In this document: piece by piece, positions 47,358-56,679 of the stretch | Layout: each line of letters starts with the position of its first letter | Position numbering within the stretch: position 1 is the stretch's first letter | Translations under genes and position numbers: made by a program | Source: Thermoanaerobaculia bacterium | Lineage (GTDB): Bacteria > Acidobacteriota > Thermoanaerobaculia > Multivoradales > Multivoraceae | NCBI GenBank assembly: GCA_963666565.1 | Contig: OY762911.1 | Coordinates: 1,312,001 to 1,376,000 of the forward strand | DNA: 64,000 bases | Reading direction: 5' to 3' | The notes under the pieces: generated by a model | Databases searched by the model: none | What the model saw: only the letters and a program-made list of their open reading frames with translations | Told to the model about the DNA's origin: nothing

Positions 47358-48284
47358 TCAGCGCGGGCTGCGGGCGCAGCGGAAGCCGGTGTTGTCGAGG
47401 CCGGAGTCGGGCGCGGAGTCGTTCCGGTTCGCGTTCCGGTAGCCCTCGCAGTAGCTCGCCGCGCAGAGCCAGGACCCGCCCTTCAGGACCTTGTGGCCGC
47501 CGGCGCCGTCGGGCCGGTACCAGTCGTCGATCCACTCCCAGACGTTGCCGCCGAGGTCGAACACGCCGAGAGCGTTCGGCGGATAGGAACCGACGGGCGC
47601 CAGGTAGGCGTGGCCGTCGGCCGCGTCGTCCCGGGCGGGGAAGTCCCCCTGCCAGACGTTCGCCACCCACTCGCCCGCGGGGGCCGGCGCCTCGCCCCAC
47701 GGGTAGCGGGCGTGGCCCGCGCCGTCGTTGCCGGCCGCGGCTGCGAGGTCCCATTCCGCCTCGGTCGGCAGGCGCTTGCCGCGCCACTCGCAGTAGGCCC
47801 GGGCGTCGCCCCAGCTCACATGGACGACCGGCAGGTCGGCTTCCGCCTCGGAACCGGGTCCGCGCGGATGCTGCCAGTCGGCGTCTTCGACGGCCAGCCA
47901 CCAGGGAGTCCCCTGGGGCCGCTGCTCCAGCTCCGGGTTGGCGGTGGCCTGAGGGTGGAAGACCAGGGACCAGCCCCAGCGTTCGGCCTCGGTCACGTAG
48001 CCGGTTGCGTCGACGAAGGCGGCAAAGTCGTGGTTCGTCGCCTCGTATGGGTCCAGGTCGAAGGCGGCGACGGCGAGGTCGCCCCCCGGACGGGAAACCG
48101 CGCCGGCGGGCACGCGGACCATCCCTGCCGGCGGCGGTCCCGGCGCCGCCGCGGGCACCTGGGCAGGCGCCGGAGCCGGCGTCGCGGCTTCCGGCGGATC
48201 CGGGCCGGCGTCCCCGCAGGCCGCCGCGACGAGCAGCCCGATCGCCAGCAGCAAGCCGTAGCGGTGCGAGAGTCGGCTGCACAC
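47358..48284 (-). CDS. Formylglycine-generating enzyme family lipoprotein
   Basis: Lipobox VAAAC, RLPTEAEW, GNVWEW, GGSWLCAASYC with both catalytic Cys. Confidence 0.9.
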   Translation of the reverse strand: MCSRLSHRYGLLLAIGLLVAAACGDAGPDPPEAATPAPAPAQVPAAAPGPPPAGMVRVPAGAVSRPGGDLAVAAFDLDPYEATNHDFAAFVDATGYVTEAERWGWSLVFHPQATANPELEQRPQGTPWWLAVEDADWQHPRGPGSEAEADLPVVHVSWGDARAYCEWRGKRLPTEAEWDLAAAAGNDGAGHARYPWGEAPAPAGEWVANVWQGDFPARDDAADGHAYLAPVGSYPPNALGVFDLGGNVWEWIDDWYRPDGAGGHKVLKGGSWLCAASYCEGYRNANRNDSAPDSGLDNTGFRCARSPR

Positions 48285-48285
48285 C

Positions 48286-48345
48286 GGGTGCGCGGGTCTT
48301 CCGGCCCGCTGCCGCCGAAGGCGGCCGGACAAACGCGCCGGCCGG
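48286..48345 (-). repeat. Composite REP-like element
   Basis: GGGTGCGCGGGTCTTCCGGCCCGC + GCCGCC-GAA-GGCGGC. Confidence 0.8.
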
Positions 48346-48376
48346 AAGGCCGGCGTCCGCCACGTCCGCACTGCCC

Positions 48377-48712
48377 TCACGGCCTCCACCCGAACCGCTC
48401 CAGGTCGATGCAACCCCGCCGGTCGAACACGATCCCCTCTTCCTGAAGCAGAAACCGCTGCCGGTCGACGCTCTCGATCGGGTCGAACCCACGGTCGCTT
48501 ATCGACCCCTTCACGTTGACCACCCGGTGCCAGGGCACGCTCCCGTCCTCCAGCCGGGCCAGCACGTAGCCCACCTGCCGCGCGTTGCGCGGATGTCCCG
48601 CGAGGGCGGCAATCTGGCCGTAGGTCGCCACCCGGCCCTCGGGAATCAGCCGCACGAGCCGGCGGAAGGTCTCGTGCCGGGAGTCCGTTCGTTGGCGGCC
48701 AGCCGCATTCAT
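48377..48712 (-). CDS. Alkyltransferase-like (ATL) protein
   Basis: IPEGRVATYGQIA, ARQVG, PWHRV. Confidence 0.92.
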   Translation of the reverse strand: MNAAGRQRTDSRHETFRRLVRLIPEGRVATYGQIAALAGHPRNARQVGYVLARLEDGSVPWHRVVNVKGSISDRGFDPIESVDRQRFLLQEEGIVFDRRGCIDLERFGWRP

Positions 48713-48727
48713 CGCGTGAACCTTACC

Positions 48728-48808
48728 GGGTGCGCGGGTCTTCCGACCCGCTCGCCGCCGAAGGCGGACAGAAACGCGCCGGCCGTCAGGACGGCTCCGC
48801 TCGGCGGC
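48728..48808 (-). repeat. Composite REP-like element
   Basis: Core at 48728-48751 plus accessory hairpins; similar to the copy at 53566. Confidence 0.85.
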
Positions 48809-48832
48809 GTTCTGCTACCTTGCCGGCCAGGA

Positions 48833-50101
48833 ATGTCCTCCGCCGACCGAGGTCGCAGCCGCCTCGACCGGCGGCGCAACTACGCCGCGCTGCTCGCCCA
48901 CGGCCTGCTCGGCATGACGGGGTTCCGCCTGCTCCAGGCGCCGACCTTCCTGCCGACCTACATCAGCCTCCTGACCGGCGCCAACGCCGCGGTGGGCATC
49001 GCTTCGGCCTGCCAGAGCCTGGGCATGTTCGTGTCGCCGCTCCTGAGCGCCGCCCTCGTCGAGCACCGCCGCCACGTCAAGTGGGTCGCTCTGCTGTTCG
49101 GCGGCCTGATGCGGTTCCAGATGCTGCTGCTGGCCCTGGTGGCGCTGCTCGCCCCGGTCGAGGTGGCGGTCTTCCTGGTCTGGCCGGTGCTCCTGGTGTG
49201 GGGCGTCTCCAGCGGGATGCAGATGGTGGCGTTCAACCTGTTGTTCGCGAAGTCCGTGCCGGTCGGCCGCCGCGGTCGGCTCCAGGGAACGCGGAACCTG
49301 GCCGCCGGAATCTCCGTGATCCTGCTCTCCGTCGCCGCGGGCTGGGTGCTCGACCGCTACGGCTTCCCCCGCGGCTACGGCCTGACCTTCCTGGGCGCCG
49401 CGCTCCTGGCCGCGACCGGACTGGCGTTCATGGGCCTGATTCGCGAGCCCGCTGCGCTCGACGTCCACGACGCCGGGCTCAGCATGCGCGCCCGGTTGAG
49501 CAAGCTGCCCGTGCTGCTCCGCTCCGACCGGAACTACGCGAGCTTTCTCTCGGCGCGGCTGCTGGCCGGCGCCGCGCGGGGCGCCCTGCCGTTCTACGTT
49601 CTCCTGGTCGGCGAGCGGTTCGGCGTCAGCGGCGCGCGGCTGGCCGGGCTGACCGTCACCTTCGCGGCGGCGCAGTCGGCCGGCGCCCTGGTCTGGGGCC
49701 TGCTGGGCGACCGCTCGGGATACCGGGCGGTGTTCGTCCTGGCGCTCGTATCGTGGATTCTGGGCAGCGCGATCGTCCTGTGGGCGCCGGTCTTCCCGGT
49801 GGCCTACGCCGTCTTCCTGCTGGTGGGGGCGGGCTTCTCCGGCGTGATGCTCGCGTCCCAGAACCTCGTCCTGGAGTTCGGGCGGGAGCGAGACCGTCCC
49901 ATGCGCATCGCCGCCACGCAATCGCTGGCCGAGGCGTGCGCGGTGGCCGGTTTCGTGACGGCCGGCGCGGTGAGCCAGGTCGCGCCGGTCGAGAGCGTCT
50001 TCCTGCTGGCGACCGTGCTGCACGTGCTGGCGTTGCGGAAGCTGATCCGCATCGAAGACCCGCGCCGGACGGCGCGGGAAACGGTGGCCGACCGGGTATA
50101 G
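48833..50101 (+). CDS. MFS transporter
   Basis: About 12 hydrophobic segments; WGLLGDRSGYR motif A. Confidence 0.88.
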   Translation: MSSADRGRSRLDRRRNYAALLAHGLLGMTGFRLLQAPTFLPTYISLLTGANAAVGIASACQSLGMFVSPLLSAALVEHRRHVKWVALLFGGLMRFQMLLLALVALLAPVEVAVFLVWPVLLVWGVSSGMQMVAFNLLFAKSVPVGRRGRLQGTRNLAAGISVILLSVAAGWVLDRYGFPRGYGLTFLGAALLAATGLAFMGLIREPAALDVHDAGLSMRARLSKLPVLLRSDRNYASFLSARLLAGAARGALPFYVLLVGERFGVSGARLAGLTVTFAAAQSAGALVWGLLGDRSGYRAVFVLALVSWILGSAIVLWAPVFPVAYAVFLLVGAGFSGVMLASQNLVLEFGRERDRPMRIAATQSLAEACAVAGFVTAGAVSQVAPVESVFLLATVLHVLALRKLIRIEDPRRTARETVADRV

Positions 50102-50109
50102 GCCAGTCC

Positions 50110-50125
50110 TGGCACGCGTGTTGCT
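50110..50125 (+). promoter_or_regulatory. sigma54 (-24/-12) promoter
   Basis: TGGCAC-GCGTG-TTGCT, exact GG-N10-GC spacing. Confidence 0.75.
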
Positions 50126-50136
50126 TCCTCCCCACC

Positions 50137-50430
50137 GTGCCGGGACTGCAAGCGTCGTCCCGACAGATGTGGAATACACCGGAGGAGGTCCCTCACCAAC
50201 TCTCCCGCCCAGTTACCGAGAGCCGACCGGCGGCGCCGCAGCCGCGCTCACGACGCTTGTTCGAGCCGTTGCCCGCGCCACTTCTCGCCGGTTGAGCCTC
50301 CTGCTCGGATCTCCTTCTTGCCCGGCACCTTCGGGCGAGCCTTCCAGGATCCTCACCCCGGACCTCCTCCGCTTCCGCTTCCCCAGTCTGCCTTCCATGC
50401 GCCGTTGCCGCCGTCGACTGGCGGCGCCGG
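50137..50430 (+). ncRNA. Candidate sigma54-dependent structured sRNA
   Basis: Gene-free gap after the sigma54 promoter; serial hairpins with CTCCT/CCTCC loops; terminal GC-rich hairpin. Confidence 0.45.
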
Positions 50431-50456
50431 CACCGTACTGCGCCAGAATGGCGCGG

Positions 50457-51980
50457 TCAGAGGCTGAGACGCTCGTCCAGGTAGCGGGACACCGCGTCCA
50501 CGGACAGCCGATCCTGGGTGCCCGTGTCGCGGTCGCGGACGGTGACCGTCCGGTCGTCGAGGGTCTGTCCGTCGACGGTGAAGCAGAAAGGCGTGCCGGC
50601 CTCGTCCATGCGCGCGTAGCGCTTGCCGATCGACTGCTTCGCGTCGTACTGGATGCGGTAGCGCCGGCGCAGCTCGAGGTACAGGGACTCCGCGATCTCC
50701 GGCATGCCGCCCTTGTTGACCAGGGGGAAGACGCCGGCGTGGACCGGCGCCAGGCGGTGCGGGAAGCGCATCAGCTCGGAGGACGGCCGGCTCTCGTCGA
50801 CGGCGTACGCCTCGCAGAGCAAGGCGAGCACGCCGCGGGTCAGGCCGGCGGCAGGCTCGATCACGTGCGGCGTGAAGCGTTCCCGCGTCTGCTGGTCGAA
50901 GGTGGCCAGCTTGACGCCGCTCCACTCCTGGTGCTGGTCGAGGTCGAAGCTGCCGCGGTGGGCCACGCCCTCCAGCTCGCCGTATCCCGGGTCGGTGAAC
51001 GGGTACATGTACTCGATGTCGAAGGTGCCTTCCCCGCTCTGGGCGTAGTGGGCCAGTTCGGACGCCTCGTGGCGGCGCAGGCGCAGGCGATCGCCGGCGA
51101 GGCCGAGGCCGCTCCACCAGTCTCTCCGCGCTTCGGTCCAGAACTCGAACCAGACCTTCGCCTCGGAGGGGTGGCAGAACCACTCCATCTCCATCTGCTC
51201 GAACTCGCGGGTCCGGAAGATCCAGTTCCTGGGGGTCACCTCGTTGCGGAACGCCTTGCCGATCTGCGCGATGCCGAACGGCAGCCGGACCCTCGACGTG
51301 TCCAGCACGCCCTTGTAGTTCAGGAAGATGCCCTGGGCCGTCTCGGGCCGCAGGTAGGCGGCGTTGTCCTCGCCGGAGGCGGCGCCGATGAAGGTCCTGA
51401 ACATCAGGTTGAAGTCGCGCGCCTCCGTCAGGGTGCCGGGCTGCGAGGCGCCGGGGGCCCAGACTCGCGCCCGCGCTGCCTCGTCGAGTTCGGAGAGGGG
51501 CAGCGACTCGAAGTCGTCGAGGCCGGGCCGTCCGCGCATCGCCTTGCGGGCGGTCCGGAGCGCCGGTTCCGGTTCGCCTTCGAGGTAGGCGAAGTACGCG
51601 GGCGTCTCCAGTTCGCGCTTCGGCCGCAGGACGTGCAGGTGGTCGGCGCGGAAGCGGGCCTTCGTCTGGCGGCAGTCGACCATGGGGTCGGAGAAGCCGC
51701 CGACGTGGCCGCTCGCCTCCCAGGCCCTCGGGTTCTGGATGATCGAGGAGTCGATGCCGACGATCGAGAGCGGCGCGCCGTCGGGGCCGAGCGGCGGGCA
51801 CTCGACCATGTCGCGCCACCAGGCGTCGCGCAGGTTGTTCTTGAGCTGGACGCCGAGCGGCCCGTAGTCCCAGAAGCCGTTGATGCCGCCGTAGATCTCG
51901 GAGGCCGGGAACACGAATCCGCGGCGCTTCGCGAGCGCCACGATCCGTTCCATCCGTTCGTTGCCTGTGGGCTCGGACAT
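50457..51980 (-). CDS. glyS: Glycine-tRNA ligase, alpha2 type
   Basis: EIYGG..GFWDYGPLG, YLRPETAQG, FRNE, REFEQME, VIEPAAG. Confidence 0.96.
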   Translation of the reverse strand: MSEPTGNERMERIVALAKRRGFVFPASEIYGGINGFWDYGPLGVQLKNNLRDAWWRDMVECPPLGPDGAPLSIVGIDSSIIQNPRAWEASGHVGGFSDPMVDCRQTKARFRADHLHVLRPKRELETPAYFAYLEGEPEPALRTARKAMRGRPGLDDFESLPLSELDEAARARVWAPGASQPGTLTEARDFNLMFRTFIGAASGEDNAAYLRPETAQGIFLNYKGVLDTSRVRLPFGIAQIGKAFRNEVTPRNWIFRTREFEQMEMEWFCHPSEAKVWFEFWTEARRDWWSGLGLAGDRLRLRRHEASELAHYAQSGEGTFDIEYMYPFTDPGYGELEGVAHRGSFDLDQHQEWSGVKLATFDQQTRERFTPHVIEPAAGLTRGVLALLCEAYAVDESRPSSELMRFPHRLAPVHAGVFPLVNKGGMPEIAESLYLELRRRYRIQYDAKQSIGKRYARMDEAGTPFCFTVDGQTLDDRTVTVRDRDTGTQDRLSVDAVSRYLDERLSL

Positions 51981-52049
51981 CGCTCCTCCTGCTTCCCGGT
52001 TTCCGGCGGGCGCAAACCGTAGCAGCTTGCGGAGTGGCGCCGGTCGTGG

Positions 52050-52074
52050 GCGGGTCAGAGGACCCGCGCACCCA
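52050..52074 (+). repeat. REP-like core
   Basis: GCGGGTCAGAGGACCCGCGCACCCA. Confidence 0.8.
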
Positions 52075-52127
52075 GCGGACTACTTGGTACGATTCCTTTC
52101 CCCTCTTCCCGATCAGGAGCACCATCG

Positions 52128-53522
52128 ATGGCAACCGCGCCCGCAACCGTTACTCCGGAGCAGCCGCTGGCCCGGCCCCTTCATCCCGAAGGCGACTGGC
52201 GCCACGTCTTCTCGTACCACCCGATGGACGTGGAGATCGAGCGCGCCGAAGGCGTGTTCATCTACGACCGGGACGGCAACCGGTACTTCGACGTCTCGGG
52301 CGGGCCGATGGCGGTCAACCTGCCGCACAACCATCCGCGGATGAAGCGGGCGATCGCGGCGCAGCTCGAAGACTACGCCTACACCCATCCGTCTCTGGCC
52401 AGCCCGAAGCGGGCCGAGTTCTGCCGGCTGCTCGCCGAGATCACGCCCGGCGACCTCGATCACACCTACCTCGTGTCGGGCGGTTCCGAAGCGGTCGAGA
52501 CGGCGATCAAGCTGGCCCGCCAGGCGCAGATTGCGCTCGGCAACCCGGCGAAGTACAAGATCGTCAGCCACCGGGACTCCTACCACGGCATGACCCTCGC
52601 CACCCTCGGCGTCTCGCACAACCCCGCCAGCCAGTCGCGGTTCGAGCCGATGTTGCCGAAGTGGCCGGGCATCCGGCAGTACTCGGACTTCGACCGGCCG
52701 GAGGGGACGAGCCGGGAAGAGTGGGGCGTTCAGTGCGCCCAGGCGCTGGAGACCGCGATCCACTACGCCGGCCCGAAGACTGTCGCGGCGTTCCTGGCGA
52801 CGCCGCACGGCTGCGGCGCGGACTACGCCTGCGTGCCGCCGGAAGGCTACTGGCGCGCGATCCGGGAGATCTGCGACCGCCACGGCGTGCTGATCATCGC
52901 CGACGAGGTGGTCACCGGGTTCGGGCGCACCGGCAAGTGGTTCGCGATGGAGCACTTCGGCGTCGACCCCGACATCATGACGATGGCGAAGGGCATCACG
53001 AGCTGCTACGTGCCCTTCGGCGCGGTGTCGGTGTCCAGCAGGCTGAACGAGCCGTTCGAGAAGGGCTACTCGTTCGTTCACGGCTTCACGTTCGGCGGCC
53101 ACCCGCTGGGCTGCGCGGCGGCCTGCGAGGCGATCGACATCATCCGCGACGAGAAACTGATCGAAAACTGCAACGAGCAGAGCCCGCGGCTCTTCTCGTG
53201 GCGCGACGAACTGCTCTCCCATCCGACGGTCGCCGACGTCCGCGGCTGGGGCCTGATGATGGCCATCGAGCTTGTCGCCGACAAGGAGACGATGGCGTTC
53301 TTCGACAAGAGCGTCGACGCCCAGACGCTCTTCCAGTCCCTCGCGCTCAAGAACGGCCTGGCGATGTACAGCTCGCTCTACGGCGCGGCCCGCCACCCCG
53401 CGATGGCCCGCGGCCTGCCCATCTGGGTGGCGCCGCCCCTGTCCATCGACGCCGGCCAGGTCGACGAGATGATGGGACGACTGCTGACGATGCTCTCCGA
53501 GTGGGAGAGCGCCGTTCTGTAG
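52128..53522 (+). CDS. Class III PLP aminotransferase
   Basis: [36 protein letters not shown]. Confidence 0.93.
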   Translation: MATAPATVTPEQPLARPLHPEGDWRHVFSYHPMDVEIERAEGVFIYDRDGNRYFDVSGGPMAVNLPHNHPRMKRAIAAQLEDYAYTHPSLASPKRAEFCRLLAEITPGDLDHTYLVSGGSEAVETAIKLARQAQIALGNPAKYKIVSHRDSYHGMTLATLGVSHNPASQSRFEPMLPKWPGIRQYSDFDRPEGTSREEWGVQCAQALETAIHYAGPKTVAAFLATPHGCGADYACVPPEGYWRAIREICDRHGVLIIADEVVTGFGRTGKWFAMEHFGVDPDIMTMAKGITSCYVPFGAVSVSSRLNEPFEKGYSFVHGFTFGGHPLGCAAACEAIDIIRDEKLIENCNEQSPRLFSWRDELLSHPTVADVRGWGLMMAIELVADKETMAFFDKSVDAQTLFQSLALKNGLAMYSSLYGAARHPAMARGLPIWVAPPLSIDAGQVDEMMGRLLTMLSEWESAVL

Positions 53523-53565
53523 CGGCGGCTTGGCACCCGCCGGCGGAGGGACGGCGTTGCCCGCT

Positions 53566-53645
53566 GGGTGCGCGGGTCTTCCGACCCGCTCCCGCCGCAG
53601 GCGGCCGGCAAACGCGCCGGCCGTCAGGCCGGCTCCGCTCTGGCG
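53566..53645 (-). repeat. Composite REP-like element
   Basis: Core at 53566-53589 plus accessory hairpins between convergent genes. Confidence 0.85.
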
Positions 53646-53646
53646 A

Positions 53647-54528
53647 TCAGTTCCCTTCGGCTCTCTCTTCCAGGCGGCTCTCCAATTCCGCCAGCCGCTC
53701 CTTCAGGCTCTCCAGCCGTTCCTCCAGCGCCTTCATGTCGGGGCGCCGCTCGTGAAGGAAGCGCTGCATCCGTTCATGCCGCTCTTTCCACTCGTCGCCG
53801 TCGAAGTACTCCTGGATCTTCTCCTGCAGGCCCTCGAGGTTGTCGGGGCCGATGAAGACGTCGACCTCGCCGTCGCCGTCGAGGTCTTCGCGACCGCGCG
53901 TGAAGTAGAAGGAGTTGGCCCGGAGGTCCGGTCGCGGCCGTTCGTCGAGGGTTGTACTGAGGGTCTCGACCTTGCCGTCGCGCCACACCTCGAGGTCGGC
54001 CGGATCCCCGGCTTCGGCCTTCCGCACCATGGTCGTCAGCTTCCGGGAGCTCGTCACGTCCTCGCCGTCGAAGCGGGTGACGATGTCGCCGACCTGCACG
54101 CCGGCGCGGGCCGCCGGGCTGCCGTCGACGACGTTGGAGACCAACACTCCGCTGCCTTCGGGCACGCCGAAATGAGCCCTCAGGGGCTCGTTCAGATTGA
54201 CGAGTTCGACGCCGAGATACGCGCCGCCCCAATGCAGGGCAAGTGTCGGTCGGCCTCGATAGGCGAACTCGCGGGCCACCTGGGCCTCGCGGGCCTCCCG
54301 CTGGGCCACGGCGGCGAGCTTCACCGCCAGCACGCGGTCGTCCTGGCCATCCTCGATGACTTCGACCTGCCCATCCCCGAGCACCATGACCCGGACGGAG
54401 CGGTCCTCCTCTTCGGGTTCCTGTGCGAAGGCCACGGTGCCCAGGCCTGCGGCGACGACCGCGGCCAGGGTCGTGACGAGAGTGAGTCGGGAGGGGAAAC
54501 CGGGGACGACGAAACTGCTCGTGGTCAT
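53647..54528 (-). CDS. Secreted PDZ-domain protein
   Basis: Signal peptide; YLGVEL, GVLVSNV..GSPAARAG..GD. Confidence 0.85.
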   Translation of the reverse strand: MTTSSFVVPGFPSRLTLVTTLAAVVAAGLGTVAFAQEPEEEDRSVRVMVLGDGQVEVIEDGQDDRVLAVKLAAVAQREAREAQVAREFAYRGRPTLALHWGGAYLGVELVNLNEPLRAHFGVPEGSGVLVSNVVDGSPAARAGVQVGDIVTRFDGEDVTSSRKLTTMVRKAEAGDPADLEVWRDGKVETLSTTLDERPRPDLRANSFYFTRGREDLDGDGEVDVFIGPDNLEGLQEKIQEYFDGDEWKERHERMQRFLHERRPDMKALEERLESLKERLAELESRLEERAEGN

Positions 54529-54540
54529 GACCAAATGCTC

Positions 54541-54954
54541 CTATTGGATTCTGCGGCTTCCGGTCGACGCAAGGCTGACGGGAAGCGGTTCGATGTCGCG
54601 GAGGTCGAAGAGGACCTCGGTTCGGGGATCGATGGAAACCGGTACGAAGGGCTGCGTGTCTTCGGCGAGTCGGTGGAAGGACTCCAGTTCCCGGCTCAGT
54701 TCCTCGTACTCCGACCTGAGCTGTTCAAGGCTCTCCGCGGTGACTGTCGCCGGTTCGGCTGGCGCGGATTGCCGTGTCCACCAGGCGCCGGCCGCGGTCG
54801 ATACGACCACGACGGCGACAGCGGCCACGGCCAGCCTGAGTCGCGGCGCGGGCTGGCGAGCCTGATCCGTCCGCACGCGACGCAGCACGCCGGCGGTGAA
54901 GCCGTCGGAGGCGTCGACACGGGGCAAGCGTTTCAGGTCGAGATGGTCGGTCAC
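54541..54954 (-). CDS. Putative single-TM anti-sigma factor
   Basis: Coupled to the ECF gene; short N-terminal domain plus TM segment. Confidence 0.65.
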   Translation of the reverse strand: MTDHLDLKRLPRVDASDGFTAGVLRRVRTDQARQPAPRLRLAVAAVAVVVVSTAAGAWWTRQSAPAEPATVTAESLEQLRSEYEELSRELESFHRLAEDTQPFVPVSIDPRTEVLFDLRDIEPLPVSLASTGSRRIQ

Positions 54955-55616
54955 TTCGATCCTCCGTTCCAGTATCCGCTCAGGTCGTCGCGGAGAAGGT
55001 CCTTGCCGCGGTGGACCCGCGACTTGACGGTTCCCTCGCGGCAGCCGAGCGCTTCGGCGATGCGGGCGTAGGGCCAGCCCTCGATCTCGCGGAGGACGAC
55101 GGCCGCGCGGTAGTGGAGGGGCAGGCGGCCGATAGCCTCGGTGACGGCGTCGACCGCTTCGCCGCTCAGGACCGCGCTCCTGGGCGACCGCGCCGTCGGC
55201 CGCCGCCGCTGCTCGGCGACGAGGGACGGCAGCAGGCCCCGCCAGCGGGCGGCGCGGCGCTGTTCGCTCCGCAACCGGTTCGTGGCGATCCGGAACAGGA
55301 ACGCCTGGAACTGGCCCCGTTCCCGGTAGCGCCCGGCCGACAGGTAGACGCGCACGAACGCGTCCTGCGCCAGGTCCTCGGCGCGTTCGCGGTCGCGGGT
55401 CATCCGGGTCAGGTAGTTCACGAGGGGGTTCTTGTAGCGGTCGACGAGATCGGCGAAAGCCCGTTCGTCGCCCTCCTTGACGCGGGCCATGAGGGCGCCG
55501 TCGTCCGGCGCGCGATCCGCCCGCGCCGCCGGCGTTGCGGCGGTCGTCTGCGCCGGGGCGCTTCGGGGTCTCCTCGGCGCCGCCAGCGGGTCGGGGCTCA
55601 GCGCGGCCACCGGCAT
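54951..55616 (-). CDS. ECF RNA polymerase sigma factor
   Basis: AEDLAQDAF, FLFRIATN, YARIAEALG..EGTVKSR; start uncertain. Confidence 0.92.
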   Translation of the reverse strand: MPVAALSPDPLAAPRRPRSAPAQTTAATPAARADRAPDDGALMARVKEGDERAFADLVDRYKNPLVNYLTRMTRDRERAEDLAQDAFVRVYLSAGRYRERGQFQAFLFRIATNRLRSEQRRAARWRGLLPSLVAEQRRRPTARSPRSAVLSGEAVDAVTEAIGRLPLHYRAAVVLREIEGWPYARIAEALGCREGTVKSRVHRGKDLLRDDLSGYWNGGSK

Positions 55617-55670
55617 CTCATCCCTTGTAACGCGCGAGGCGGCGAAGTGTTCCAGTCCAGCGCCCACACC

Positions 55671-55735
55671 GGGTGCGCGGGTCCTCCGACCCGCTGCCGC
55701 CGAAGGCGGCCGGAGACAACGCGCCGGTCGCGGGC
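55671..55735 (-). repeat. Composite REP-like element
   Basis: GGGTGCGCGGGTCCTCCGACCCGC + GCCGCC-GAA-GGCGGC. Confidence 0.85.
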
Positions 55736-55802
55736 CGGCGTCCGCTTCGCCGGGCTACACTCCGTCACTTCCCACAAGCATCACTCACCAGGAGGAGCGC
55801 GC

Positions 55803-56621
55803 ATGACCGTAGCCGAGATGAAGACCGCCCCCGAGCCGGAGTTCAAAGTCGACGTCCAGGACCGAGTCGCCCTGCTGACGCTGAACCGTCCGAAGAAGCT
55901 GAACGCCCTCTCCGCCGAGATCACGGCTGGCCTGCAGGAAGAGGTTCCCCGGCTCGCCGCCGACCCGGACGTCGGCGTCATCGTCCTCACCGGCGAAGGC
56001 CGCGCCTTCTGCGCCGGCGGCGACGTTTCCGGTATGGGCGGGTCGAGCGGCGCGCCGTCGACCCTCGAGGAGCGCATCGACAATCTTCGACGCGGCCAGG
56101 AAGCGGCCTGGCTCGTCCACTCGGTCCCCAAGGTCACGATCGCGGCGGTCAACGGCTTCGCGATGGGCGCCGGCCTCGGTCTGGCGGCCAGCTGCGACCT
56201 GCGCCTCGCCTCGAGCGCCGCGAAGTTCGGCACCGCCTACTCCAAGGTCGGCTTCGGCGGCGACTGGGGCACGACCTGGCAGCTCACTCGGCTGGTCGGC
56301 CCGGCTGTGGCCAAGGAGCTGTTCTTCACCGCCGACATCATCGACGCCGAGGAGGCGCGCCGCATCGGTCTCGTCAACCGCATCTACGACGCGGAGACCT
56401 TCCGCGCCGAGGCGATGGAGTACGCCTCGCGGCTCGCCCACGGGCCGCTCGTGAGCTACCGCTGGATGAAGGAGAACGTGAACCTCGCGGTCAACTCGGA
56501 CTTCCGGTCCACCCTCGACCGCGAAGCGATCTCGCACATCCGCTGCGGCCAGACGGAAGACCACAAGGAAGGCGTCACCGCCTTCATGGAGAAGCGGGCG
56601 CCGAAGTTCAGGGGCCGCTGA
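55803..56621 (+). CDS. Enoyl-CoA hydratase/isomerase family protein
   Basis: LNRP.KLNAL, AFCAGGD, AVNGFAMGAG; RBS AGGAG. Confidence 0.93.
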   Translation: MTVAEMKTAPEPEFKVDVQDRVALLTLNRPKKLNALSAEITAGLQEEVPRLAADPDVGVIVLTGEGRAFCAGGDVSGMGGSSGAPSTLEERIDNLRRGQEAAWLVHSVPKVTIAAVNGFAMGAGLGLAASCDLRLASSAAKFGTAYSKVGFGGDWGTTWQLTRLVGPAVAKELFFTADIIDAEEARRIGLVNRIYDAETFRAEAMEYASRLAHGPLVSYRWMKENVNLAVNSDFRSTLDREAISHIRCGQTEDHKEGVTAFMEKRAPKFRGR

Positions 56622-56679
56622 TCGAAGGCGCTTCCGACACGCTCCGGGTCGTGGCGCCCGTGAGTTACGATGGCTTACC

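Noticed and set aside
48377-48712. Inactivated O6-methylguanine methyltransferase
   Set aside because: PWHRV is the normal signature of ATL proteins
50167-50295. 42-aa small ORF as the product of the sigma54 promoter
   Set aside because: No upstream SD (GGAGG lies inside the frame) and atypical codon use; not fully excluded
53647-55616. Novel ECF/anti-sigma/PDZ system
   Set aside because: Common envelope-stress arrangement; nothing unusual visible
13900-56621. Mupirocin-like cluster (type-2 IleRS + HMG-CoA synthase-like + enoyl-CoA hydratase)
   Set aside because: Genes are 9-40 kb apart among housekeeping genes, with no PKS or ACP
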